Positions 34,624 to 52,700 of a stretch of 64,000 bases of DNA are shown piece by piece (positions within the stretch are counted from its first letter, which is position 1; each line of letters begins with the position of its first letter). Below the pieces are notes generated by a model. It was not told the DNA's origin. It saw nothing but the letters and a program-made list of their open reading frames with translations, and ran no database searches. The stretch is from NCBI RefSeq assembly GCF_021028975.2, contig NC_059434.1, positions 88,660,001 through 88,724,000 on the forward strand. Reading direction: 5' to 3'. A program made the translations under genes and the position numbers. The stretch comes from Sphaerodactylus townsendi (taxonomy: Eukaryota).

Positions 34624-35879
34624 AAAATGGAAGCTGTGATTTTGTGGACGTTGTCACTTTGTGTTGATGTCCACAAGCAGGTTGAGCAGTGGCTGCTGAT
34701 ACTTGGCCTTGGTAACCCGCCTCTCTCGCTGGCCCTTGGGATTCCCACCCTGTTTTTCCAAGGAGGACAGGCCCCTCACCCCTCCGTTTGCACACACTCC
34801 TGACCCCTCCCCACTCTTAAGCAGGCTCCCTGCCACAAGGCTGCAGGAGGAAGCGCACCCCCCCCCCATCCCTAGCCCTCCTCTCTCAAGGGGCTCTTGG
34901 TCCTGCTCAAACAGGCTTCCTCAGGCTCCCGAGCAGGGCAGTGCCCGGCCTCCCACCTATGGGTGAGCAGCACAGAGGTCAGAACGGATGCATATTCAGG
35001 CTCGGAGCCCAATCAAGTGGAGTGGCGTATTCCTTGTGGAAGGGTCTTTGGCCCCGTGGAAATTTAAGATGGATCTGCTGAAAGGTTTGTGCGACCCACA
35101 GAAGGGGCCAGGGAGGCTTCTGTGTCCCACGCGCACTGCCAGCCAGGGGTGGAGTGAGGGGGGACCGCACCCAGGGCATGCCTGCGCCCCTGCTACACTG
35201 TGCGCCAGGTGCATTGCACCCCGCCCCGCTCTTCGGCTCTGCACCCCTGCTGTCAGCTGCCCATTGGCCTCGGGTTCATCACGGGACCTTCCTGGAAGCC
35301 CCTCGGCTTGCTGCCAGGGGGCTGGGTGGGGCGGGCCGCTTCCCCGGGGTTTTTATTTGTGCTCACTCTTACAAGGGCACCTCTCTGTTCATTCTTGCCT
35401 CAAGCGAGGAAGGTGGGCTGGTCAGTGGCCCGTCAAGGAGGCTCCTTCCTGCCTCCTGCGCTAGATGGAGCAGAGGACAGCTCACTGCCCTCCTGCCAGC
35501 AGCACCAGTGTCTGGATTCCACTCAATGTGGGAAAGGGGGGCCTGGCCCAAGGACCGCGCCGGGGGGGGGGGAGCAGAGGGGGAGCTGCCTCCACAATTG
35601 CTCCAATGCCTCACACCAAAGGGGGGGGGGCTACTGCTGACTTGTGGGGCTTGGCAGGGACCTACGCATGCCAGCCTCCAGCCTGCACAGAGACAGCGCG
35701 GCCTGGTCAAGACCACAGCTGCCCCTGCCCGGGGCAGGACTAGCTGGCGCTGGGAGAAGACTGCCTGGGTCAGCCGGGGCAGCATTTCTGAGAGGGGTCA
35801 CGACAGAAGCCGTCACGCGTGCACTCACCCACCTCAGTGCAGCACAAAACAACACGCCCAGCCCACAATACAAAAGGCT

Positions 35880-35885
35880 TTTATT
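35880..35885 (-). terminator. Putative RHOBTB polyadenylation signal AATAAA
   Basis: tttatt on plus, ~1.05 kb after the stop at 36940, with GU-rich sequence downstream on minus (ttttgtattgtgg). Confidence 0.55.
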
Positions 35886-36939
35886 AAAGGTTAAAACAGT
35901 CCAATACTTAAAAGTGTGTAAGAAAATGAGGGGCGGACTAGGCCCAATTCACAGTGGTTAGGAAGAGAGATGCGCATCAGCCTCGGGGTTGGGGGGGGGG
36001 GCGGCATCCGTCAGAGCCCTTCAGGACAGGCAGTGCTGCAAACAGCACCACCCAGGGAGGTTTGTGCTCAGCTGAGGCAGCAGAAAAAACAGGACACCTA
36101 GAAAAAGTGTAAAACGGTTTGTGTAGAATTCCTGGGGTGGGAAGGAAGGAAGGAAGGAAGGAAGGAGGAAGAGGCCCCTCCCCGCCCTGGAGATCGGGAA
36201 TAGCCTGCCTTTCTCCCACCAAGGTGCCTCCAGGGAGGGAGGGCAGCCCCCCCCAAGGAGATGGGGGAGGCTTGCATTGTGTCCAAAGGCACCACGAGGC
36301 CCAGAAGGGGTGCCAAACGCAGCTCCGCCAAAGCAGCAGCCTGAAGCTGCACTTACAAACTACAGACCTTTACAGAATTGCTACCCTTCCCCCCCCTCCC
36401 ACCAACGTACAAGTTCCACGGTTCCTTATCTTTGCATGCACTCCCCACACCCATCCACCCCCCACCCTTCCCCCGACAGTCTCAGCAAGTGGTATCACAA
36501 CTTCAGTTCCAGCCTATCAACCAGAAGAGATCTTTCTCCGTGCAGGAGCCCCGTGTGGGGAGGAGCCCAGGCCCTCTGCTGCCTCCTCACCTGCCCCCCC
36601 CTCGGCTGGGGCCCAAATACTGCTAAGGTCAGAGGTAGCAACTAGAGAAAGGCTGGTGCGAGGCCTGGGAGTGCAGTAGGCCCCGTCTCCAGCACCAGGT
36701 ACAACAGGGGTGTAAACACCAAGTGAAGGCGCGGCGGCAGCGGCAAGAAGCACAGAGCCGACAGGAAGGCAGACGGCAGGTAAACGACGCAAGGAGCGGC
36801 TCTCCCTTCACGCCTGGCGGGCAGGTAGGCAGAAAGCCCCGACGCCCTCCCCTCTCCTCCCCCCCATAAAGGCACGAGCAAGGCTGGCAGCCTGGTGTCT
36901 GTCCCCTTTTCCTGGCAGGCGGGGAGGGCGCGGGGCCAC

Positions 36940-42700
<5,761 letters not shown>

Positions 42701-44519
42701 CGTGATATGGACGGTTACCGAGAAGTGCCCAGGAGCGAGAGGCGCCCTGAGTCTTCATGTGCACCCCTGGGCCACGGACATTTGCCACCCACGTTAAAGG
42801 ACACCATAGACCCATGGGCACAGACAGGACACACACACACACCCCCCCCAAGCCCAGTCCTGGGTCTTGTGTCTTAATCCCCGTGGCCTCAAGGAGAACT
42901 TCATGGTAGCTGAAGCACAGGAAGGGGGCAAGGAACTGCCCAGGCTGGAGGAGCAGAGCCCAGGGAGAGGGGAAGAGCCCATCTTTCCCCCAGAGCACCC
43001 CCACGGGGCAGCTCTTCTCTCTCTCAGACACACCCCCCCCCCTCCGGGGAACTTGGAGTAAGACTAAAGCCAGTGGGCGAGAAGGCCTGGAGGAAGAGAA
43101 GTCCAAGGTCCTGGTCTCCCCAAAGCTCGCAGCCTATGGGGGCATCTCTGCCTGCAGCACCCATTGAGGGGGTGTGACTTGGGCAAGGTCGAGACTGCGG
43201 GCAGGAGCACTCATCTCCCCCCACCCCCTACTGCTAGTCGTCCAAGTCGCTGGTGCCCACAGTTAGGTCTCTGCTGAAGCTGCCTGTGGGGAGGGCAGGG
43301 CTGGTGGCTGCCTCCAGAGGGCCACGGAAACCCACCCATGGGTGCAACGGAGGTAGCCTGGCGAGGAGAAACACACCTCTAGGCTGGACGACCGCAACTT
43401 GCTCCACACAGAGCTGCCCTGGGCCCTGCCCCAGAAACTCCTGTGGCTGCTGTGTGGGGCCTCACCGGGACTCCGTGGCAGCACCTGCTGCTCTGGCTCC
43501 GGGGGCGGTCCTGACTCGGTTTCAGGGGGTTGGTGTTGAGCATCAAAGCCATGAAGAATGTGGGCATCTGCAAGACCACATCTGCCACGTTGTGCTTGGC
43601 TAATAACCGCTTGCTGGCGATCCCTGGTCCAAAGGCTGGCCCGCTGTCTGTGACCAGGGCTAGGCCGTTCTCAGTCAGGGCGCTAGTCTGGGGGAACGCT
43701 CTTCCCCCAATGGCACTTTGCTTCTCCTTGGCCAACCCCAATGTCTGATGAGACCCGGCGGGCCCTGTGGGATCTCACACAATTTCGCAGAGTCTGTAAG
43801 TCAGAGTTGTTCCACCAGGCCCGTGGTTAAGGCAGTCATGATATCCCATGGAGTGAGCCCCCCTGTCCTCCCCCCTCCCTGTTTGTCTTTGCTTCTTATG
43901 TTGTATGAAATGAGGGGGGATTATCTGTTTAAGTTGTTGATTTTAACACCACCTGGTTGAGATTACATTGCTGTGGGTTTTAAGATATTGTACAGATTTT
44001 ATTGTTATTTTTTATTGGGCTCTTCCTTGGGCCTGCCAGGGGAAGGCAGCCTATACATAGAATGAATGAACACCTGAGCTGAAGTTGGCCTGAGAGAAGC
44101 CACTGCTGTCCTCCATACTGTTGGATCAGGATACGCAGGTCTGGTCCCTTGCAGTTACCCCCAAGATCCTGGCAGCAGACCCACGTGACGGAGGCCAAAC
44201 AGGGCCCAGTTTGCCAAGGACCAGGACAGGCCAGCAGACCCCAGCAGGACCCCCAACCTGGACTGGCTGGTGATTGGGCCAGAGCTTGTAAAAGCTTGAT
44301 TGGGCCGGAGCTTGAAGGAATACACAGGACCTTGGAGAGGCTTCAGATGTTCGTGGAGAGCGCAGGAGTGGGGCGTGACTCTTGGACAGCTGCAAGAACC
44401 CCCCAGATCATGCAGGAAGGGGAGTGCAGTATCGTCCGGCCCCAGGAAAGAGGGAGGGGATGAAACGCCTAGCAATGCCACAGCGGGGGGGGGGGGGGGC
44501 TTCGCTTTCAGCCACGGTC

Positions 44520-45770
44520 ACTCAATGGGTGAAGAACAGAGGGGGTCACATGGATTTTTTTGGCCTTCCCTTTCCCAGGATGTGAAACGGTGTTTATTGT
44601 CAAGGCTGCTCAGCATGTCAAAGAGTCTCCAACGCTGCCCCCCCCCTTCGGGCCCCCTTGTTCCCATTCCTGTGATCCAAGTTCCATTCCAGCAGACCGC
44701 TGTGGATCCCAGAGGGCTTCTACCATGTGCACAATGAGGAAGTGGATATCTGTTGGTAGTTGTGGATTGCGCCACCCGCTACCCTGAGGCCGTGCCCTTG
44801 TGTACTCTTAGAACCAAGGGGACGAGCATGGAGGCATCTTTTTGAACACATGGGGCTGCTCAGGGAAATCTTAACGGGCCAGGGAGCTCCGCCCAGTGGT
44901 GGGATCCAAAAATTTTAGTAACAGGTTCCCGTGGTGGTGGGATTCAAACAGTGGCGTAGCGCCCATGGGGCTGAGCGGGGCACGACGGTGCGTGGTCGGG
45001 CATTCCGGGGGCGGGGCATTAATAATTTCTCTGTTACTGCAAAAAGCTCTTACTGTAAAAAAAGTTCCTAATTTCCAGCTGGTATCTTTCTGTCCATAAT
45101 TCAAACTCATTATAGCCAGTCCTATTGTCTACTGCCAAAAGAAACAACTACTTCTCCTCTCATTGACTGCCTGTCAAATACTTAATACTTTCAAATACTT
45201 AATTTTGTTTCTAGAAATCAAAAGAAGGATACTTTCCTTAAACAAGGAACTTTACCATATTTCTAAAACATGTTTTTAAAACAGCCCAACAGGGAGAATT
45301 ATCCCGTTTTCTACCTTCGCTAACCAGCCACATAGGAAACAACAGGACTTGATGATTTTTGGACCTAATGGAATTTCTAACAGAAAAGCAGACCCAATGA
45401 GTAACCCCCTCTCGGCACACATAAATAATTAGTAACCCACTCTCGGGAACTGGTGAGAACCTGCTGGATCCCACCTCTGGCTCCGCCACAGCGCAGGTGA
45501 CCAAGTGGCTCCACTGAGTGTTGGGGCTAAGGCAGAAGTTCACAGCAGCTGTGCTCCTTCAAACAGACAAGTTAGCAAAGCGCTTCAATCAGACCGTCAA
45601 GTTAGTACTGAAGGGAAGTAGTGCATGATAAACCTGCCCAATGGGACCTCTTGGTAGACCCCTTGCTGTTCATGATGAGAGAGACCCCCACAGGGCATGT
45701 CCCATTCCAGCTGCTGTATGGGCAGAAGCCCCACGGTCTTTTGGATGTAATGAGGGCCAAGTTGGTGTCC
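44520..45770 (+). mobile_element. Old Gypsy integrase remnant interrupted by a hAT MITE
   Basis: Plus-strand fragments PLVPIPVIQVPFQQTAVD, YLLVVVDCATRYPEAVPL, GLLREILTGQG and WDLLVDPLLF..RETPTGHVPFQLLYGQKPHGLLD. Confidence 0.8.
44894..45479. mobile_element. hAT-type MITE (586 bp)
   Basis: TIRs cagtggtgggatcc / ggatcccacctctg. Perfect 8-bp TSD gctccgcc at 44886-44893 and 45480-45487. Confidence 0.9.
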
Positions 45771-46700
45771 CAGGAGCCTGGGGAAGGCAGCCTGTCCCCA
45801 AGGACAAGCAGCAACTCTGCTCCCCACACCCCTCCCTCACCTTCCCCCCGGGAGGCAAGGTTGGGGGGCCTCAGCAGAACCCAGGAGGGAGATAATGGCA
45901 CACAAATCCCGACCCCCTTGGACAAGGACACTTGGAGCCATTCTCTGGGCAGCTTTTTCCGCAGGGCCCGAGGGGGGAGGTGAGGGCTGAGCATGCCCGG
46001 CTTGGCCGGGGGGGGGGGGAGGGGGGCGGGCAGGGGGGACAGTATCTGCCTGGTAGGGAGTCAGCCAACAATTGAGCTTCATTTCATCATACACGCACCA
46101 ACCCTAACCCTAGCCCTCCCCATGGAATACCAAAAGCTCAACACTTGGTCTGTATGCAGCATCGCAGCCTTCCCATCATCAGCTACACTTCGACAAAGAA
46201 AACAGTGAATATATATATTTAATGTGTGAAGGAGGAGAGGTAGCCCTCCCGCATAGGTTGGCATGACCCCTCCCCACAACATTGGCACAAATCCCTGAAC
46301 ATCAGGATGAGAGCAAAGGGGCGGGGGGGGGCAGGATTCCAACACCGAGCTCCCCCCTCCCCCGCCAGTCCTGGAGGAGGCCACCTTCTGCCACCACAGC
46401 TCCCTTTCCCCAGGCCGAAGCACCCCCGTCTCTCCCCGAAAGAAGGACTCTTTGCTCCTGGGCTGACACCTGAGACATTTTCTGGCCAGGGCAGCCACTC
46501 GGTCCCCGGCCCCAAACTCCCCTCCACAGGGGCCCAGGTGGTCCAAGCTGAGGCAGGATGCGGAGGCAGCCCGGAAGCCCCGGCTCTCGCAACGAGACGC
46601 TGCTCCCGAAAGCTGCCAGCACCCCCTGTCAGTCACGCCAGTCCCGCCTCCTCCGAGGGACCTTGCTTCCCTGCCCCAAGCAGCCACGAAGGACGTCTTG

Positions 46701-49700
46701 TCAGACCTGGGACTGCAGCCACAGGCGAGGGTCGAAGGTCGGGTGGGCCCGGGGGTGCAGCGGCGGATGGGTGGGCTCTGGGGTAGGGCTCCCGCTGCTG
46801 GAGGAGCTGGAGCTGGAGGGAGACGGGCCGTGGGTCCGAGGCAGGGGCGGGCGGCTGGAGCGTCCATTCAACAGGCTCAGCTTGGCATCCAGGGAGAGGG
46901 TGCGAGGCCGCCTCCACGGAGGGTGCAGCAGGCGTGGGCTGGCGCTGGAGTTGCTGTCACTGTCTGAAGCCACGGCGGGAGGGGGCCCTGGCCCCTCAAA
47001 GAGGGACAGCCACGCAGGGCTGCCCAGACCTGATACCCGACGAGCCAGGATCTCTGTCACGGCCTCGATGTCATCCGCTGGTTCAATAGCTGGAAGGGAG
47101 AGGGGCGGAGGAAGGGAATGACCACCCTGTGCCTCGGAGGGGCTGCGCAGGAGAAGGCAGGGTCGCAACACCCCCTCCTCTGCTCTTGCCCTTCAGGGGT
47201 CCACCCGGCCTCCAACAGCCCCCACGCTGGCAGCCGCTCGCCCTGCAGCCCCAGCACCCCCTTCCCACAGACAGCTGCCAGACGGCAAAAACCTTCGCAA
47301 AGCACCCTCCCCCCCCACGCCCGATCTACAAAGGCTGGTGTGGGGCTTTGAGGGGTCAAACACCCCCCACTGGAGCTGCAGGGAAGCAGTCCCCCTGAGG
47401 CTACAGCCCCCCAGGATCAGTCGCATCTTTCAGGCAGCATAGGCTGAACTCTTCCCCCCCCCCCCCCAATAGAATGGGACAGGCTGGGAATTCTGAAACA
47501 GGTGCCTCCCCCCTCCCCCCAGGTGAAACAGAACTGGCTCTCCTGCCTCTCAGCTGGAGTTTCCCCCAATCCAAGCAACAACTTTCTCTACACCCCCCCC
47601 CCCCCACGGGGTCCTACCTCCCGTCCAGCTGAATTACTTCACCTGTCACTGTAATAGGAGGAGAGCAGAGCCCGAATCTCCTCAGAGACAGCGGTGTCCT
47701 GCAACAGAAGCCCCTCACAGGCGGAGGGCAGCCCCACGGGGCCAGGGAAAGCTGGGGGTGGCGGCATGGGGACAGAGAGGAAGAGACACAGAGGGACACA
47801 TGCAGAGAGAAAGCAGGAGGAAAGTACAGAGTTACAGACACATAGATCCGGGTGGGTGACGCAAAAGAGAGATGTGGGGTGGGCCCATGGAAACAGAGGA
47901 GTGAAAACGAGCCCTAGAAGGAGCAGAAAACAGAGAGCCCTCCCAGCCCCCGCCCCAGGCAGGGAGCCTTGCCCCAGGCGGCCCGTGTGCTGGGCTCTGA
48001 TGGCCCCTGAGAAAATGACCCTGCAGCCCCGGAGGCAGCTTTGGGGTTTGCTTTCTCCACTGCTTTCTCCACTTTCTCCTGGGCAAGAGGCAGGATTTGT
48101 CTACCACAGAGGGCCGAGTTCGGATCTTAGTAGCTACCTGCTGTGAAAAAGGCCCAGCTTTCCGCACTAAGGACTGCAGAGAGCACGTCTTGGAGTGGGG
48201 AGGGCATGCCTGGAGCACCCCCAAGAGCCCGGGAGCGGGGTTTAAGATACACAAATAATGTGCACACAGAAGCCGCCGTCACCGTTAATTTCTGTGCCGG
48301 GAAGAAGAGTTCTGTCCGAGTAATTCTTTTGCTCCACTTAAGAAGCTCTAAATGCCGGCAGCAATTGAAGTCTCAGCCCCATGGACCCAGGGACAGAGTT
48401 GCTGGGCCGGATTAGGTCTGCTGTCCCCCCGGCCCCCTCTGCCAGGCTCCCAATCTCCCCTCTCCTTTCCGAGAGGATGGGCACCATCATGACATCAGGC
48501 ATCAAGCCCCTCCCCACACCTGCTTACCTGTCTCATGATACAAAGAGCCCTGCTTGGGCAGCTGAGCAGTGGGCCGGCGCGGGGAGGGCACCTCCACCTT
48601 CATCAATTCGTCACAGCAGCGCTTCCACTGACCTGGGGCAGGAGGGGGACAGTTAGCGAGACCCCGCCCTGTCAATCCAAGGGTGTCAGTCAAGTGCTTG
48701 ACCACTGTCATGTGGCCCCCCAAGACCCACAACAGCCCTCTATCCCCACCCTCTGTAAGGAATTCCATAGAAGCAGAAATAAAAGGCTCTTTGGTGAAAA
48801 AGACCGTTTATTCAGACATCTTAGAAAGCTCAAGTACACTAGAAAGTGGCAGGGAATGACACTTCCGGCCAGAAGCAATAGGTTATAACTCTATTCATCC
48901 CATCCCCTTCCCAGCCTCCCATGGGAACGGGAGACCCTCATTCCTCCAAGCGCAGAGATAAGGTCTCCATGCGATGAAGCTGGCCCATAAAGCCTCGGGC
49001 GTGCGCGGAATGCACCCAAAGGTTACTTTACCATCAACACCATTGAAACCCTTACACTCTGCCTCCCTTTAAAGAAGACCCCTCCCCCCCAGGTTTATCT
49101 TGGAAAGTTAGCGCCAGGAAAGCTTAAAGAAATAGGGCAGAAGGCCACACATTTTACAGGAATAAACCCATTGAGTTATACCCAGAGGAATATCCCACCC
49201 AAGAGACTAACATTGTGCAAAGCGTTTGCCATGATTAAAAGGAGAGTCCAGGATGAAGCGCCAATTCTCAGAGTGCTTGTGGCCATCAATACAGTCGGTG
49301 GGGCCCTCTCGGCGGTCAGGCTGTGGGCATCGGAAGTGCCGGAGCCCTCCTTGAGCAAGCTGGAATGGAAGACAGGATGAATGTTACCAAGAGAGTAGGG
49401 CAACTCAACGGCAGTGACATCATTAATCACTTTGAAAGTAATTCGAAAAGGTCCCACCTAATCTTGCCAAGTCTGGAAAATTTATGCACATCTCTGAGAT
49501 TCTTAGTAGACAAATACACCCAAGCTTCACACGCAGAGGGAACTGAATGTTTATCCGAAAAGCTTGCAGCTTTTGGGAGTTCCAAAGCCTGTTGTGGCAA
49601 ATGTTGTCTGGACCCATTTCCACCCTCGCTAGGGATGAAATCCATTGTTGAAACTCTGGAGAGGTCCAAGCTGTCATGGGTAGTTGTGGCAACCTTGGCG

Positions 49701-52700
49701 GGAAGGCGACACTAGACACAATTTCCCTCAAAGGGTTTTTTTTTTGTACTTCTATGAACCGTGACATTGTTATAGAAATTACGCCATATAAAGCGAACGA
49801 ATGAGCTCGCACCAATTGTCCTGGTGGTAGCTGGTGTAACAACGCATTAAATACTGCTCTAGAGGTTCTGTTCGCTTCTCTCCGCCTCACCGTCCACTTG
49901 AACGTGCGGTGGGGCGGCGACCAGCTGAAGGGCCCCAACAAACCCCAAAACGCCTTCCAGAACTCTTTGAAATGAATTGGAGGTCATGGTCGAGACCACC
50001 TATAACGGGCTGAAATGTAGACCTATAAACATGTTGGAATGAACAGCCGCGCTAACTAGGATGCGGAGGAGGGATGGAAGCACACGAGGAATAAAATGGG
50101 CTTATTTAGAAAATAAGTCCACCACCACCCACAAAACCGTGTTAAGGCATGACTGTCGGCAAGACCGTCTGTAATAAAAAATCCCATGGAGATGATGACT
50201 TCCCAAGGGCGGAGGCCACCGGGAGAGGTTTCCCAACAGCCCGCTGGGGCTTCCGAATGGTCGGCTTCTGCACAAACCGAGCAACCTTTAATATACGCCA
50301 TCGTCCTTGGCGCATTATGCTACACCAGAACTGGACGGCGGGCTCAAATGCAAGAAGTTTTCAGAAAGCCAAAAATGTCCAGCCGAAGCCAGGCATCGCG
50401 GCAGGCTTCCAGAACCCAAGCTTGGCGGGAGGGGGGGGGAGGCACGCACTCAACATTCCCCCCCTCCGGCCAAACTCCCATCTCTCAAACGCACTGAGCT
50501 CACTTCCTCCCTGGAGGCTCGTGCAGCCCCGGCCTCCTCGAAGTCTCCAAGAGGAAAGTGGGGGAGACGAAAGGACTAGGAATGCATGGGTGGAGGAGGG
50601 GTGGACGCGTTGAGATTGGGCAGGACAGCCAGCCCCAACTGGAGGGGAGAGAACAGTGCGTGGAATGTCTCCGTATGTTCAATGCACCCCCTCCTCGGTA
50701 GCTAGCTGAGAGGCCTGCGTCAGCCAGTTTATTGGTTTTCCAGGGGAAAAAAATGGACTGTAAAAGAGAACAGAAGAAATGAAGCCCAACGGAGTTTGGA
50801 GCTTCATGAGTGGACTCTTTACCTCTAGTCGCGTTAAAGCAGGTCTGTGAGAGGGAGAGTCAGTTCAGTTAATTGGGGTATAAAGTCCACTATAGAAATT
50901 AGTAAAACCAAGAAAAAGATTGGAGTTCTTTATGGTTTAATTTGGTGGGGCAGGCCAATTGGAGGACCGCGGCCAGTTTTAGCAGGGATCCATTTTCAAG
51001 CCCTCATGGTGATCCGGTAACCCAAATAGTCAATGGAGGTCTGGGTGAAAACAGCATTTGGATAGTTTACAAAGAGAGTTGTCGAAGCAAAGCGCTTCAA
51101 TACCTCCAACCAATGCGTTTCACATGCTCTTCTATGTAGTTTGTGAATAAATTAAAACGGCCATCCTAAGTATACCTACAACTCCCCTTGTACAATAAAT
51201 CGCTTGGAGAACTTCGATATGGGCTATAAAACCGCCAAAGCCCGGGGCCCCTAATTCTAACCCAATGGCATTATCGGGCATTCAAACTGTCCAAACTTTG
51301 TGTTAAAGCGCAGTCAAGTGTTCATATCCTTCCAGCAATTCTGACTCTGTAGTAGAAGCTTCTCCCAAGTCCAGTTTATAAAATGCCTGCTTGCCCGGAG
51401 TCGCCTAAAAGCGTCCCCGATCAAAGGCAAAGGGTATTTATTGGACAGGGAGATCGTAATGGCGAACCTCGAGTAATTCAGCACAAAGTCAGAAAAGACC
51501 CATCTTTCTTTTCACCAAAACAAAACGGGAGACAGCGTGCAGGCGGTAGTTTGGTGCAGTCATACCGTATGAAACCGCTGAACAGTTCTTCTTGTCCAAG
51601 AAGGCACGGTTCCCTTCTCCTCATTGCAAGGACTCATAATGGTAGATTCTACCTTTGGGCAGTTCGCTCTGGTTGTAATAACGATTTTGCAGTCCAATGC
51701 CTCTATAAAGTAAGGCAACTGATCGCATTCTTGCTCCCCGGAAAACTCTGGCTAGATCATGGTACTGCCCGGTGGGATGCCAAATATCAGAATCCGGGGA
51801 GCAATCGCTGATGAAGCCAGGGAGGGGGCGTGTCAGGAGAAGCTGGTTTTTCCCCCACCATGTGTTGTTCAACGAGGGAGGGTCAGTGAACTTTGTAGGA
51901 TCCGTTCTTTCCAAATGAACTTTTGGTTCATGTATCAATAACCATGTACCCAAAACTATGGAGTGTTTGGCCAGAATACCGGTTCTTCAAAATAAAACTA
52001 ATTTTCTCCCAATTGGTCGCGAACGGAGGAGAACCGGTTGTGTTTTGAACTGGCCGGTCCTCGTTCTCAGGGGCTGTCATTCATTTTAGGCGAATGGTAA
52101 GGAGCTTAGCTAGGGAATTTGATCCAGACCTAGCTCCTCTGCCACCTGGGGTCAGTATTAAGCAATGCTGCCGCAACGCCAAGGGCCGAGGCTGGTACGC
52201 GAGGAATGTGCTTAGCTGGGTTGGCCAGAAGCAACGCTGACAGTAATGGAGCTGCCTTCACTCACCGCTGCGTCAGGGAGGTCGGACCCATGTCCATGGG
52301 GCTGATCAGGCAACAGCCGTTTCCCTCCCCAAATTTAGCCGATGACCAGCTTTAGATCAGCCCGTCGAGGTGGCCCCGACCGCGCGATGGTGGCTTGGCA
52401 AGATGGAGGCGCGGCGGTAGCTGAGCGGTTGGTTTTGTTTCTTGGGACAGTTACGCTAGATGACCTGGCCCCTCCGCAGTAAAGGCACAATCCCAGTCGA
52501 CTGACGCATGCGTTCAGAGGTGGTTTCGTAGAGGGCAGCTGGAAGCTTGACGAATTAAGTGGGCGCAGTGGCAGGTTTTTGGCATGGCCGATACCGCACG
52601 AAGCAGTATTCCAACGACGCCACCTGGGATCCCAACTGGATCCAACTGCTAATGAGTACCGAGGAACCCAATTAAAAACACCCGCTTCAATGAGCGCTTA

